From Mytilus trossulus (taxonomy: Eukaryota), in assembly GCF_036588685.1 (NCBI RefSeq), contig NC_086376.1, positions 91,863,630 through 91,927,629 on the forward strand: a stretch of DNA of 64,000 nucleotides, read 5' to 3'. Positions 23,079-35,500 of this stretch are shown piece by piece (position 1 is the stretch's first letter; the number at the start of each line of letters is the position of its first letter). The notes beneath the pieces are model-generated. The model was not told where the DNA came from, did no database searches, and saw only the letters and a list, made by a program, of their open reading frames with translations. A program made the translations under genes and the position numbers.

Positions 23079-25430
23079 ATGTAGCTTCGCTCTCATCCCA
23101 TATGGAATTTACTGACCCCATATATACCGTATTACGTCACTATCACACTTTGTAACGAATTTATCTTGCAGACTATCTTAACGTGTACAATGTAGTCTTG
23201 TGATCTATCAAAATACTGTTAACATTAAGAAAGTAAGTCCATTGATCCGACAAAAACAACAGCCAACGATAACAACATGTTAGGTTTAAATCTGTTTAAT
23301 GAATTTAATTCAACCTTAATCATCAATTTATTCATTTGTTGAAACCTTTAAGATTTTTATCTCAGTTCCGTTTTGTTTTTATAAAGGGACGTAACACGAC
23401 TATTAACTGTGTATGAAGTAAGCCCTGCCTCCCTACTACCTAATATGGAATGTAAAGGAACGTAACTCCACTACTAACCGTGTATGAAATAAGCCCCGCC
23501 TCCCTAATAACTTAATAGCAAATATACGTGGTCTTCACGCGGATGCTTTTAACCAATCACATTCCTAGACATGTATATAGGAGGTAAGATAATTGAAAAC
23601 TATTCTAACATTCTTTGAATTATTCCCATACATTTAACATATCATATAAAACACAACAAAGGAGTTTAGATAAAGGACAGTCAAGATCTTTTTTGAACAT
23701 TTTGGTATGAGACACATTTTGCACTTTACCATCTTTAAAAAATAAATACGAAAAGCATACAATTCCGACAATAAAATTGAGAATGGAAATGGGGAATCTA
23801 CCAAAGAGACAACAACCCGATCATAGAGCAGACAACAGCAGAAGGTTACCAACAGGTCTTCAATGCAACACGAAATTACGGCACCCGGAGGCGTCCTTCA
23901 GCTGGCCCCTAAACAAATATATACTAGTTCAGTGATAATGAACGCCATACTAAACTCCAAATTGTACAAAAGAAACTAAAAGTTAAAATAGTACCGGAAT
24001 AACCAAGGCCAGAGGCTCCTGACTTGGGACAGGCGCAAAAATGCGGCGGGGTTAAACATGTTTGTGATATCTCAACGCTCCCCCTATACATCTGTCCAAT
24101 GCAAATATCTGCATTAACTATTTTCTCTTTATTTTTTATACAAAGTATGTGGTTATGCATAAGCATTAAAATGTTCATGCATTACATGACTTTCGAGTTA
24201 TTTTAGTTTCAAAATTGGATGATTTATATAAAAACACAATTTGTTTTTTTTTAATTTCCGGAATTAATACCAGCTATAACTTTCAAACAAAAAGAGATAT
24301 TTCACCCCTTTTTGGCAACGTGTTCTATACTTTGAAGGCCTTTTAGTTAGTCCCTGAATTAAAGTTGGACTGCGATAAAAAAAAAAATGTATTATATACT
24401 AATTTATGCGTTCATCGTGTAGAACGCAACATGCGGGATATCGGCTATGCTCGACACGGGGTGGCGATTTGAAGTGGAGAAAAACTACTAAGAAAAAATA
24501 AAGTATCAAAGTTTCTTTTTAGACATTTGTTAGAAACAAATAATGTATTGCACGGAAGGAAATGAATCATTATATATTTCCTGCAAGCAGACGCAGAAAT
24601 TTTCAGTGCTCTCAAACACCTCTCTCTAGTTTTTCCTGTTGAAGATTTTAACGCTTCGTATACAAGTTTCAGGGTAAAAAAAACCTTTTTCTACATTTGA
24701 AAATGCCTGTACCAAGTCAGGAATATGACAGTACTTGTCCATTCGTTTTTGATGCGTTTTGTTATTTGATTTTGCCATCTGATTATGGACTTTCCAAATT
24801 GATTTTCCCCTGAGTTCAGTATTTTTGTGATTTTACTTTTTTTTACGATTTTTTCCTGGTAAAAATAAATTTTGACAAAAGAAAAACAGTATAATTTTTA
24901 TATTATTATTTTTCTTCTTTCAAGTTACTTGGTCTAAAATAAGAGAATTTCCTTTCACCTCTTATGTATTTATTCTGGATACAAGTATTGCATTTATGAG
25001 TTAGAAAGACAGTTTACTTAAACATTGTACTTGTTTACAAATAATAAATTAACTGTTTTAGCGATTATTCAAGCTCGTGAATATAACATGCATGTTAATG
25101 TTTCTAATATGTAATAACTACTTCTCTGAAGTTTAAAGAATTACACATCAGACAACATTGACAAAATAATAGTTTATTGAAAAAATATTTGATTTTCTAT
25201 TTAATACTCGTCAGTTTAAAATGCTTAAAGTGAAATTCGTCAGACAATGAGAACTAATTCAGTTATTTTTGGTAAAAAAAACGACATGTGTTTTATAACT
25301 AGGGTTGTTGTTCTCTTTGATACAGTAGCCAGCCTAAACAAATTGAAACAAATATCTTTATAATATTCAAAATATATGTGAAGATAAAGAATGTACTAGT
25401 AGTCATTATAATAAAATAGAGAATGGAAGT

Positions 25431-25665
25431 ACTGTGGTTTCATTGATATTCGTTGGATACCAATTTTCGTGGATTTCATGGGTACAGGAGAACCACGAAT
25501 TCAAATGTTCCTCGAATAACAAATTTTGTAAAGGACTGTAAACAGACTTTGCTTAAATCACGAAATTAAAAGATGCATGATAATCAGTTGCTATTATAAG
25601 TTGCATATTTGTTTTTTCTCGATCCACGAAAATTGGTTCCCACGAAAATAAATGAATCTACAATA
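25431..25665. mobile_element. Small TA-flanked MITE (Tc1/mariner-like); similar-style element at about 36732-36953
   Basis: TACTGTGGTTTCATT..TTCGT ... ACGAAAATAAATGAATCTACAATA imperfect inverted ends. Confidence 0.5.
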
Positions 25666-26271
25666 ATAATAATAATACTTTATTCCGAAAGCAATACAGC
25701 TTATAGGATACATATACACAATTTTACACCAATATAAGAATTTCACAAGAGATATATAATATGTATAAAAATAAATAGTCATTATGTATGTGTGATGCAG
25801 CATGCTTTTACACTGATTTGCTGTGTCTGATTTGCTGTGTTTGATATTTAAGTTGTAGTTTCTTCATGTTATATTAGGATTGAATACTTAGTTACTTAAA
25901 AAGAATATTTATATCTTATAAAAAAGTCCCTTTCTGTTGTTGTGGTTTCATATTATTTGTGCATTGTTATGATCTGGATCATGAATGAGAAAATGCTGTA
26001 GAATGTCAAATGAATATATTCTACGAACTGTTTTGCTTTCAAATAAAGTTATTATCATAATGAAATATTCAACACCGTTGACTGCTGAAATATACCATTA
26101 TGATTTATTGTTTATTAAATGCACGACATTTGAGCTGTGGTGGTTATTTGTCTAATTCACAATCATAACTCATCTCCTCATTTTAGATGATCAAATGTTA
26201 TAGTTTTCAGGTGTGTGGTAGATAGCTTTTTTGTCTTGTACCGACATACATTTAGTTAAAGATATCTCTAC

Positions 26272-26445
26272 TTTCAACACTACTGTGCTATTTCGTGGCC
26301 GTCAGTTTTAATGACGGAGGAAGCCAGAGTGCCCAGAAAACCACCAGTCTACGGTAAGAAAATTAACAATCCTAAGCAAGGAGTCGAGTTTACCTGTCCC
26401 GTGCGGGGTTCGAAATCACAACCTCTGTGTTGGTTGACTATTGAT
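26272..26445 (-). mobile_element. tRNA-derived SINE fragment
   Basis: The minus strand reads GAGGTTGTGATTTCGAACCCCG (B-box-like), followed by GGTGGTTTTCTGGGCACTCTGGCTTCCTCC, a common molluscan SINE core. Confidence 0.6.
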
Positions 26446-26724
26446 ATAGTAGTTCTAAAAACAAACTAAAAAAAACTATATAAAAAAAAATCTATCTTTA
26501 TTTATGGACAGAAAAAAATAAATGAGAAAAACCATCCGTCTGCTCTCCAGAAATCAAATTATTTTTTTTATCTTTTGTAGGTGTAATATCGCCAATTCCA
26601 TTAATATTCCACAATTTTCCTCTATCATTTTCACAGCTCTTATAATATTGTAAAGGAAGTATAACTTCTTGGAAACCAGCTAAATCATGACAACATTATC
26701 TTTGCAGATTTGCAACCAATGTTT

Positions 26725-27195
26725 GTTTTTAATGCTCTTTAACTTTTGTATTTGAAGTGCACTTAAAATGTTTTACTAAAGCGCCTCTGATACGAAACTC
26801 GCCTCTGACTTACGGCAGCATCATTGTAAATATAAGGAATTTGGTGAGACTGTCATCAAAGTGAGAGGTTAAGCGCTATAAAACCAGATTTAATCCACCA
26901 TTTTCTACATTTGAAAATGCCTGTTCCAAGTCAGGAATATGACAGTTCTTGTCCATTCGTTTTTAATGCTCTTTAACTTTGTATTTGAAGTGCACTTAAA
27001 ATGTTTTACTAAAGCGCCTCTGATACGAAACTCGCCTCTGACTTACGGCAGCATCATTGTAAATATAAGGAATTTGGTGAGACTGTCATCAAAGTGAGAG
27101 GTTAAGCGCTATAAAACCAGATTTAATCCACCATTTTCTACATTTGAAAATGCCTGTTCCAAGTCAGGAATATGACAGTTCTTGTCCATTCGTTT
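26725..27195. repeat. Near-perfect tandem duplication, ~234-bp unit
   Basis: aatgctctttaac... at 26731 and 26965; essentially identical apart from one T. Confidence 0.9.
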
Positions 27196-27773
27196 TTGAT
27201 GTGTTTTGTCATTTGATTTTGCCATGTGCTTATTGAATTTCCGATTAGATTTTCCTCTGAGTTCAGTATTTTTGTGATTTTACCCTAATGATTTTTCGTA
27301 GGATATTCTTGAATTCAACTTCCACTATAAAAGTAATAAAGTATGTTATTTTTAAGCATCTAAAGTCCAATTGGATTTGTCTCATTGACAATCAAACCAC
27401 ATCTCCTCATTTTATATGATCAAATTTTTAACTTCAGTTCAACGAGGAATATCTTGCTAACATGATCTTAATATATGCTAATTTTTAAACATTTTTTGTT
27501 TCAAATGGCTTTCAACTTCTTAATTGATGTGAACTTAAAACTGGTTTAATCCATCGCTACTGATACAAAACTCGCTTCTGGTTTTCAAAATTTTAAGATT
27601 TAATCAAGTTTTGAATGATGTTCTGAAAGTCACCTACTACTGTAAAAAATAAAGTAATGGTTTTTTTAAGCATCTAAAGTCCAATTTGTAAGAATTTAAT
27701 TTATAGCATAGTTAATTATTATAGTTACGGATCGTCCATTTGAAAATAGCGTTATTTTCTGTAGTTGAAATGT

Positions 27774-28078
27774 TGAAACCGAAAGATTGAAACTTATGTA
27801 ACAAACATTTAAACTTGTAAATAAAACAATACCAAAAGAGGGACGAAAGATACCAAAGGGACAGTCAAAAACAAATTATATCACAGCTACTCCCCTTATT
27901 GGAGAACATCATTTTGTTTTCAAACTGAAACCGAAAGATTGAAACTTATGTAACAAACATTTAAACTTGTAAATAAAACAATACCAAAAGAGGGACGAAA
28001 GATACCAAAGGGACAGTCAAAAACAAATTATATCACAGCTACTCCCCTTATTGGAGAACATCATTTTGTTTTCAAACT
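27774..28078. repeat. Perfect tandem duplication, 152-bp unit
   Basis: tgaaaccgaaagattgaaac... at 27774 and 27926. Confidence 0.9.
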
Positions 28079-28390
28079 ATTGTACGGTATTAATGTCAAT
28101 GAATGTTATACTTTTAAAATATGTATTTATTGCCATAAACAGTCCGTTACTATGAATGATTTTATTTTTTTCTCTTTTATAATTCTGTATTGCTTTTATA
28201 TAATTACAAGTTGAACCCTAAATATTAATGTGCTGTAAAAAATGATGAATGTATATATTCTATGATACGAAATATTTATGAACAAAGATATTATTATATA
28301 TTGATCAATATTTTGTTTTAATTGACATTTGGGATTATACAAGATTATAATTTTTTCAAATGATATTGTTTTCACTGTCATTTCTGTATG

Positions 28391-28727
28391 ATTTACAATC
28401 ACTGGGTCGATGCCACTGCTGATGGATTTTAATACCCCGAGGGTATCCACTGTGATGACTTCAGTTACTTAGTATCATTGATATGTTCAATTATAAATTG
28501 ACTATTAACAAACTTTGAACTTTTCTACCTCAGGAATAGGGTACCTTAGCTGTATTTTTCAAACTTGTAGGATCTTTTGGTCCTCAATGGTCTTCAGTTT
28601 CGTACTTTATTGGCCTTTTAAACTATTTTTGATTCGAGCGTCACTGATAAGTCTTTTGTAGACGAAATGGGCGACTGGTATAAACAAAACATCTCAATCT
28701 TGGTATCAATTATGAGTATATCTACAA
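28391..28727 (+). mobile_element. Single retrozyme-like monomer (~337 nt), second subfamily, degenerate hammerhead at 28638-28679
   Basis: Starts ATTTACAATCACTGGGTCGATGCC and ends ATCTACAA. Core GCGTCA CTGATAA GTC-ttttgta-GAC GAAAT GGGC GAC TGGTAT. Confidence 0.7.
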
Positions 28728-30102
28728 ACAGCTTTGTATTAGATAAAGGCAACAGTAGTATACCGCTGTTCAAAACTCATAAATCCAGGGACAAAAACCA
28801 AAATCGGGGTATCAAACTAAAACTGAGGGAAACGCATTAAATATAAGAGGAGAACAACGACACACCATTTAAATTAAGCCGGGGGATACATTCTATTATT
28901 GAGTATACGGGGATGTGCCAAAAAGATGGGTAATAATTTTCTGAGATTTTATAAAGCAATTACTTTTCTTTTTTAAAATGACATTCTATATCAAAATGCG
29001 TTTACGTTTGATACCTGTATATTGATTGGGGGCATGATCTACATATCATATGTAAATACGCTATTGGAAATCTCACATATATGATCACCAACCGATGTCA
29101 ATTCATATGCATATGTCTGTAAAAACTTATGGGTAGCTTTGTTTATAAATTATTAGTGAAGATATAGATTTAGTTGACGCATATTTTGAATATTGCATAT
29201 GGGTATAGATGCGTGCTTTCTTAAATATCTATATCACTATATTTACTGAATTTCAGGGAATGCTATATAGAAATCAGTACGTTTTTTAGGCAAACATGGA
29301 ACATTCCTATAAAAAAGTCAACGTAACCTCCGGGAGCATTATGATATCTATAGGAAAGCGACTTTAAGAATGCACAGGTGCACGTAAAAAGGACGTTGTA
29401 AAGGTAAAAATTTCAAAGTAGCGATAAATCAGTCAACACTTCAAGGTGTCTCTTAAACGTTATAGTGGTTCGAACTGAAATATATATTAGTTTTCATATA
29501 AAATGGATAAAGAAAATCAAAAGTAGCTGCTCTTTAGATTTGCATTAATGGGATCCAGACGCATCGCATGCCATGTGGTCTGGAGACATGCATCATACTC
29601 ATATCTAGGTGAAAAGACAAATTGTAAAAGTAATTCGGTTCTTTTGACAAATTTTATGCTAATTGAATTTATATTTGTTTTAAAATTACAATTCGATAAG
29701 TTTGCATTAAATAAATTGGTGCCTTTATGTCGATAATTAATACAACGAATATGTCGTAATAATATTATAAAGTGTTTTATTTGATAAAAACGTAAACTGA
29801 TAATATGAGACAATGTCTTATAAGCCTTGAATTTTCGTAACAACTATATAAAAAGGGATTGTGCTGCAATACACTCAGTTGTATGAAAACAATTATTGCA
29901 ATAATGATCCGCATGTTGTACATGAACAATGGTTTAGCTTGAATGCACAATTTTCCTTTGTCTGCATACCTTAAACGATGCAAAAAGAAACTTGAAAAGG
30001 AAAACTATTGGAATAACAAAAGTAATGAAAAAAGGTTTACACGTACAAAGGTTATGCATGGTTCACTATCCATTCGGTCGACGCTAGTACCATAATACCT
30101 TA

Positions 30103-32595
30103 TCAAAAGAACCAAAGTCGAAGCTTTTGCCAAGCCATTTGAACATCTTCCTTCTCACTCGGCCATTGAATTAAAAGTACATCTTTCCAAATAGTCGAAA
30201 ACTCCATCGGAACAGTGTCCAAAGGGATATCTCTTGTAATAACAACAATCTTCTGCAGATTTTTAGAAAACTTTTCATACTTTGCGCGCTCAATTTCAAA
30301 TCGAGTCCATTCATTTTTTACAATTGACGGCGTTACTAGAAATATGATGTGTCTACATCTATTTATTGACGTGGCTCTTTCATTAGCAATTGATTCGCCT
30401 ACAATGAAATCTCTATCTTCAAAGCAAACTTTGAACCCCCAGTCGTTCTCTACTTTCTCTTGCAAATCTTTCACGAAAGAAACACAGTCATCTGAATATG
30501 AAACATAAACGTCATAATCAAAATTCAGCTCAAGACCTTTCTCGGCAAATCTCCGGAAATTTCGGAAGAAAAAAAACATTATCCTCCATCTGAAATTGTA
30601 TAATATAGCAGAACAAAGCACACTCGATAGAACAGAAACCAATAATGAAATGCCTACTTTTATCCAGACAGTAGTATCACAGTCAACGAAATAAGGATGA
30701 AAGTCTTCAGCGACAGTTCTTGTATAGTTGATACTGTTTCTCGAAGAAACCCAACACGAGTAATTACCATTGTTATCTAACGTTACGTCAGTTGTCAAAA
30801 TCCAACGTAGAAGTGTAATCGATTCACATGAACATATAAACGGGTTAGTATTTAGATGTAATTGAAAGGTTCCATGTTCTTTGTGCTGGGAAGATATCCA
30901 ATCTAGTATATTCTTTCCAATTGTTGTTAATTGATTATGCGATAAATCGAGTTCGACAATGCTATAAAACGTAGTTACAACATCTGGAACAGTCTCAAAC
31001 AAATTATGCGATAGATTGAGCCGTTTAAGATTATGAAGTTGTCCAAACGATTTTGTTTCGATTTTCCAGATATAATTATATGATATATCCAAATTCATTA
31101 TATTTGGACAAAAACTGAATATTGATGAATTAGTTTGTAAAACATTGAACAAGTTTGTTTCTTTCAAGATAATTGTTTTCAGATGAATGAACGTCGGAAT
31201 TTTTCTGTCTCCAATAGTTAATACAGAACTGATTCCTGATAAATCCAAATACTCCAAACTATTAGATCCTTCAAAAGTCAAAAGTGGGAATATATTTGTT
31301 TCGAAGTAAGATATTTCAAGGTGACGAAGGGAGCTGTTTATGGTTTTTATTTCCCGAAAGGCATTTTTAGCCATAAGATGCGTTATTCTCAAAAATAGGA
31401 TTTGACTCGGAACTGTCACTGCAATTGGTATAACCCTTCTCCCCCATTTTCCTTTCACTTGTTCAACACTTGTATAGTTGTCTTTCGTTACTACGTCAAG
31501 GAAAATTGGATTTTTGAAACGTAAAGGAAAATATGAAAAATCGATTATTTTAATGTTAGTCATCGTGTATACAAATTTAAAGAAATAACCAGCCCAGTTA
31601 TCCAAACTAAATCTATTAGCAGATAACATAACGTTTTCAAAGCACTCTGGATGTTTAAACAGGACTAACGATTTGTTTTTAACTAATATAATGTCATTGT
31701 CAGAGAGGTCTAATGTTTTTATACAAATAGTTGATATATAACTCATCATCTCCGGTGTAAGAATAACCGAATCTAAGCCTTGTTTAGACTCAGCATGAGA
31801 TATTCCGCGAAACAGCAGCGCATCCATTGATTTTTTCTGGAACGGGTGTAATATGTTTAGGGCCTGTGCTAAGTGAATATTGCTGTTAGTAAGATTGAGC
31901 AATTTTAGACGTGGAAATGGAACTAAAACACCACTTTCAATGACAACAAAGTCTTTACACGTTGTCATGTGGAATTCCCGTATATTTACCGGCATTTCTG
32001 AAAATGTGTTATTGTATAAATGGGTAACGTGACAATAATCAAGTTTCAATACTTGTAAATTGTGCAGTTTCTTAAACTGATGTCCAAACGTTGCATTTAA
32101 AACTAGATCGATGCTCAGCTCACGCAAGTTACTAAGTCTGCCGACGGGAATTTTGTACGGGTTATAATTTATAGTTTTCATATTTCTACTTATGTCTAAA
32201 ACTGATAAACTCTGTAGAGATTCAAATACTTCATGGTGATACGACTGAGAAACAGACAGATTATTTCTAGACAAAGACAAATGCTTCAATAGTGATAATC
32301 CATGAAAGGCCTTATGATGCAACATGTTGATTGAGTTATGATCAATTATGATATCTTCTAGATACTTATATCTATAAAATCCGTTGGAATCCAGCCTGCT
32401 CAATCTATTAAAACTTAAATCCAATTTCATTATATCGGGTGGTAAATTTGTTGGAACCGATGTAAGTCCTTGGTATCTACATAAAGCCGCCTTATGGCCG
32501 AACAAATTAAGAGTAATATTGCATTTTGCAAACACAGTTATATATGGACAAACACATGTAAAACACAAAACCATGAAGGTGAACATATCATCCAT
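30103..32595 (-). CDS. Toll-like receptor paralogue B, 830 aa, intronless
   Basis: Same SP-LRRNT-LRR-LRRCT(NPFICSC)-TM-TIR architecture. Cytoplasmic part differs from paralogue A at about 13 of ~165 residues (counted by eye). Confidence 0.95.
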   Translation of the reverse strand: MDDMFTFMVLCFTCVCPYITVFAKCNITLNLFGHKAALCRYQGLTSVPTNLPPDIMKLDLSFNRLSRLDSNGFYRYKYLEDIIIDHNSINMLHHKAFHGLSLLKHLSLSRNNLSVSQSYHHEVFESLQSLSVLDISRNMKTINYNPYKIPVGRLSNLRELSIDLVLNATFGHQFKKLHNLQVLKLDYCHVTHLYNNTFSEMPVNIREFHMTTCKDFVVIESGVLVPFPRLKLLNLTNSNIHLAQALNILHPFQKKSMDALLFRGISHAESKQGLDSVILTPEMMSYISTICIKTLDLSDNDIILVKNKSLVLFKHPECFENVMLSANRFSLDNWAGYFFKFVYTMTNIKIIDFSYFPLRFKNPIFLDVVTKDNYTSVEQVKGKWGRRVIPIAVTVPSQILFLRITHLMAKNAFREIKTINSSLRHLEISYFETNIFPLLTFEGSNSLEYLDLSGISSVLTIGDRKIPTFIHLKTIILKETNLFNVLQTNSSIFSFCPNIMNLDISYNYIWKIETKSFGQLHNLKRLNLSHNLFETVPDVVTTFYSIVELDLSHNQLTTIGKNILDWISSQHKEHGTFQLHLNTNPFICSCESITLLRWILTTDVTLDNNGNYSCWVSSRNSINYTRTVAEDFHPYFVDCDTTVWIKVGISLLVSVLSSVLCSAILYNFRWRIMFFFFRNFRRFAEKGLELNFDYDVYVSYSDDCVSFVKDLQEKVENDWGFKVCFEDRDFIVGESIANERATSINRCRHIIFLVTPSIVKNEWTRFEIERAKYEKFSKNLQKIVVITRDIPLDTVPMEFSTIWKDVLLIQWPSEKEDVQMAWQKLRLWFF

Positions 32596-35500
32596 TTATC
32601 AAAAAATACGATAAAAATTATAATCCAAAGTTAAAATACTTCCTAGTATGAATATAAAGGTTCTTACTACACAATAATTTTGGCCACTAAATTAGACTCA
32701 ACTAAAATATGCATTTTGCCGTGCAGACAGACTGGAGCCAGCATTTAATAAAATTTGCAATTCAGTACAATACAATAATCTCATATATACATATGCATAC
32801 ATCATATATAATAGTATTTATACTAAGTAATTTAACACAAAACTTTGTGAACCAAAAAATATACTTCCGGCAACAATAGTAATAAATATCTATTAACTTC
32901 CAATAACATTCAAATGATAAATATCGTATTATGAATACCCGTCATAAACAGACACTCGCCGCCCAGGAAAAAACAACTTAAAAAGTTTGGAAACCTGCGC
33001 ACGGAGCAATGCAAGAACCGTTTCTGGGTAATGATGCCGTACTCCATCATGATCATGATTATATAAAAACACAATTTTTTATTCAAAAAAGGAAGTTTTA
33101 ACTATACGATGTCTACGGCTAGAATGACCACCTAGACAATTTGTTCACGAACCCGCGAAAAACAAATTAACATAACAAAACATTAGGTCACCTGACCTAT
33201 CGAATCATACATCATTGACCCATACAAAATATTATAGAAACTTTAAGACAGTATTTTTCCGCTATACTGCGAAACGCTGAAAAATATATTTACCTCTTGA
33301 AACTCACATTACCAGAACCATGATCTGGAAACACAATCTAGAACGTCGATCACGTGATTAATCGTGCGATCTTTATTCTAAACTAGTTTTGAATGATCAC
33401 ATTTTAGAATGATTAAATACCGATTTGTTTACAAGTTCATTTACGAATAATAGAAGGATTGTTTTACTTATCATGCGGTGCAATAGTTCTGCAAGATATA
33501 TTGACTTGCAGTTTCTTATACATTTTGAAAATAAAGGTTTGTAAGAAAATGACATACATTGTGCTATGTAATTTGTCATCTTTGGACCACTTAAAAATGT
33601 TTGCACTCTTTATTACGACCTGACGGGGTTATTTATACATAACAGACAGCCAGATGAATGTCTATATTTGCATCTAGGGTTTAATTTATTATTTAATAAA
33701 CAACATCTAATAAATTCTTTGCCAGTGTAGCTTCGGTTTTTGTTTTTATTATTTTACCTACTATTTTTCTTTAACACAAACATGGTGCTACTAAAATTAA
33801 AAGGACACAAGAAACCAAGGGGGATACAAAAAAACAGAAGTCGAATATAACAGCTGCTAGATTGATTGATTGAGTGTTGCTTGTTTAACGTTTAATTATC
33901 ATGTATATGCAGATTCATAAGAAATTTACAATTAAAACAATAGGTAGGTTCTGTAATATAGATTTGGTCGGTATAATGGGTATAAAATTTAGAATGCTAC
34001 TGAACAATGATGCTATATATGATATATACAAAAAAAAATATTTGAACATGCTTACATGGCTTCTCACAACAGTATTAAGGTCCTATGTAGTTAAACAAGC
34101 TAAATCTATGTGTACCTAAGCGCGGTTAGAATACAACTGATAAAAAGAAAAGAAAAACAGCAGTCATTTCAAATTTCATCGTGTGATTTTTATCGTATCC
34201 AGATCATTCAGAAAGCATTAAAGTGTTACAATTGAAGCAATACCATTTCTATTGTATACTATTATAAATACACTCCATAAGGAAACAATCATTTTCATAA
34301 TCTATAATCCTTTTTTATATGTTTATTGTGTTTGTATTCGTACCTGAACAACAATATACACTTTTACCAGCCTTAAAAGGCAAAACATACTCATCAGCGA
34401 ACATATAGTCAACATGGCAAAATTTGGTTTCATGTACGTGTACAAATTGGCAATACGTTTCTCGTTTTTCTTCTCACGATAAAATAGAAACAGGATTGTT
34501 AAAAAACTTGAAATCAAGATGATAATTTTGTTATAATTAAGCACTATCACACCAGAACTTCTCTGGGAAATATGATTTATTCTGCCGGAAGAACCTTACA
34601 AAATAGGTGATTTCATACCTAATTTTACGGTCATTTATCTATAAGTACATAAACATAATTTGTTGTTCTGCATTGTAGGGCATTGCCTATTATCATGTAC
34701 TGTATATTAAAAGAAATAAGAAGATGATGAGTGCAAATGAGACAACTCTTCGTCATAAAGTGTAAAACGAAAACAAATATTGGTCAACGGCATTCAACCC
34801 GGAGCATGGATTCACACCGAACAGAAAGCTATAAAGGGTCCAAAAATGGCTAGTGTAAATAAAAACGAAACCTGTGTATGGAATCTATTCTCTGAAAGTT
34901 ATTCAACAATATTGGAGTGGAGTAAAACATAGTAAGAGAAAACCTTCGGATTGATACATAACACAATATTTGACTGTTTACCTATTATATCTGTTTGTTT
35001 TCCTCACACTTTGTTGTCGATATTATGGAATGCTATGCGACTGTCATATAAATTAATGGCTTAGTTTGCTATAAAACCAGGTTTATCCCACCATTGTTTA
35101 CATAGAGAAAAGCCTTTATCAAGTCAGCAATAGGACAGTTGTTTTCTATTCGTTTGACGAGATTGAGCTTTTGATAATGCCATTTGATTAAGGACTTTCC
35201 GTTTAAAATTTCATTGCATAATGGCATGGATTCACCTGCATGGATTACCTTGGATATTAGTGTAAAACATAAAATAAGATTAACTCCATGATCTGCATGA
35301 TCATATAGGTACAAGGCACAAAAACAAATAACGACAAAACAAAATCAACAAAGTAACGATCTGAAAATATTCGAAATTACTTACAGCTGGTTCAAAGAAT
35401 AGATATGATGTAGAACCATCACTGGATAGCAATACATGTTATGTTACTAAATTATTGTATTTCTTTTTGTCAATTTTTGTAAATGTTGTGATAAAAGCAG

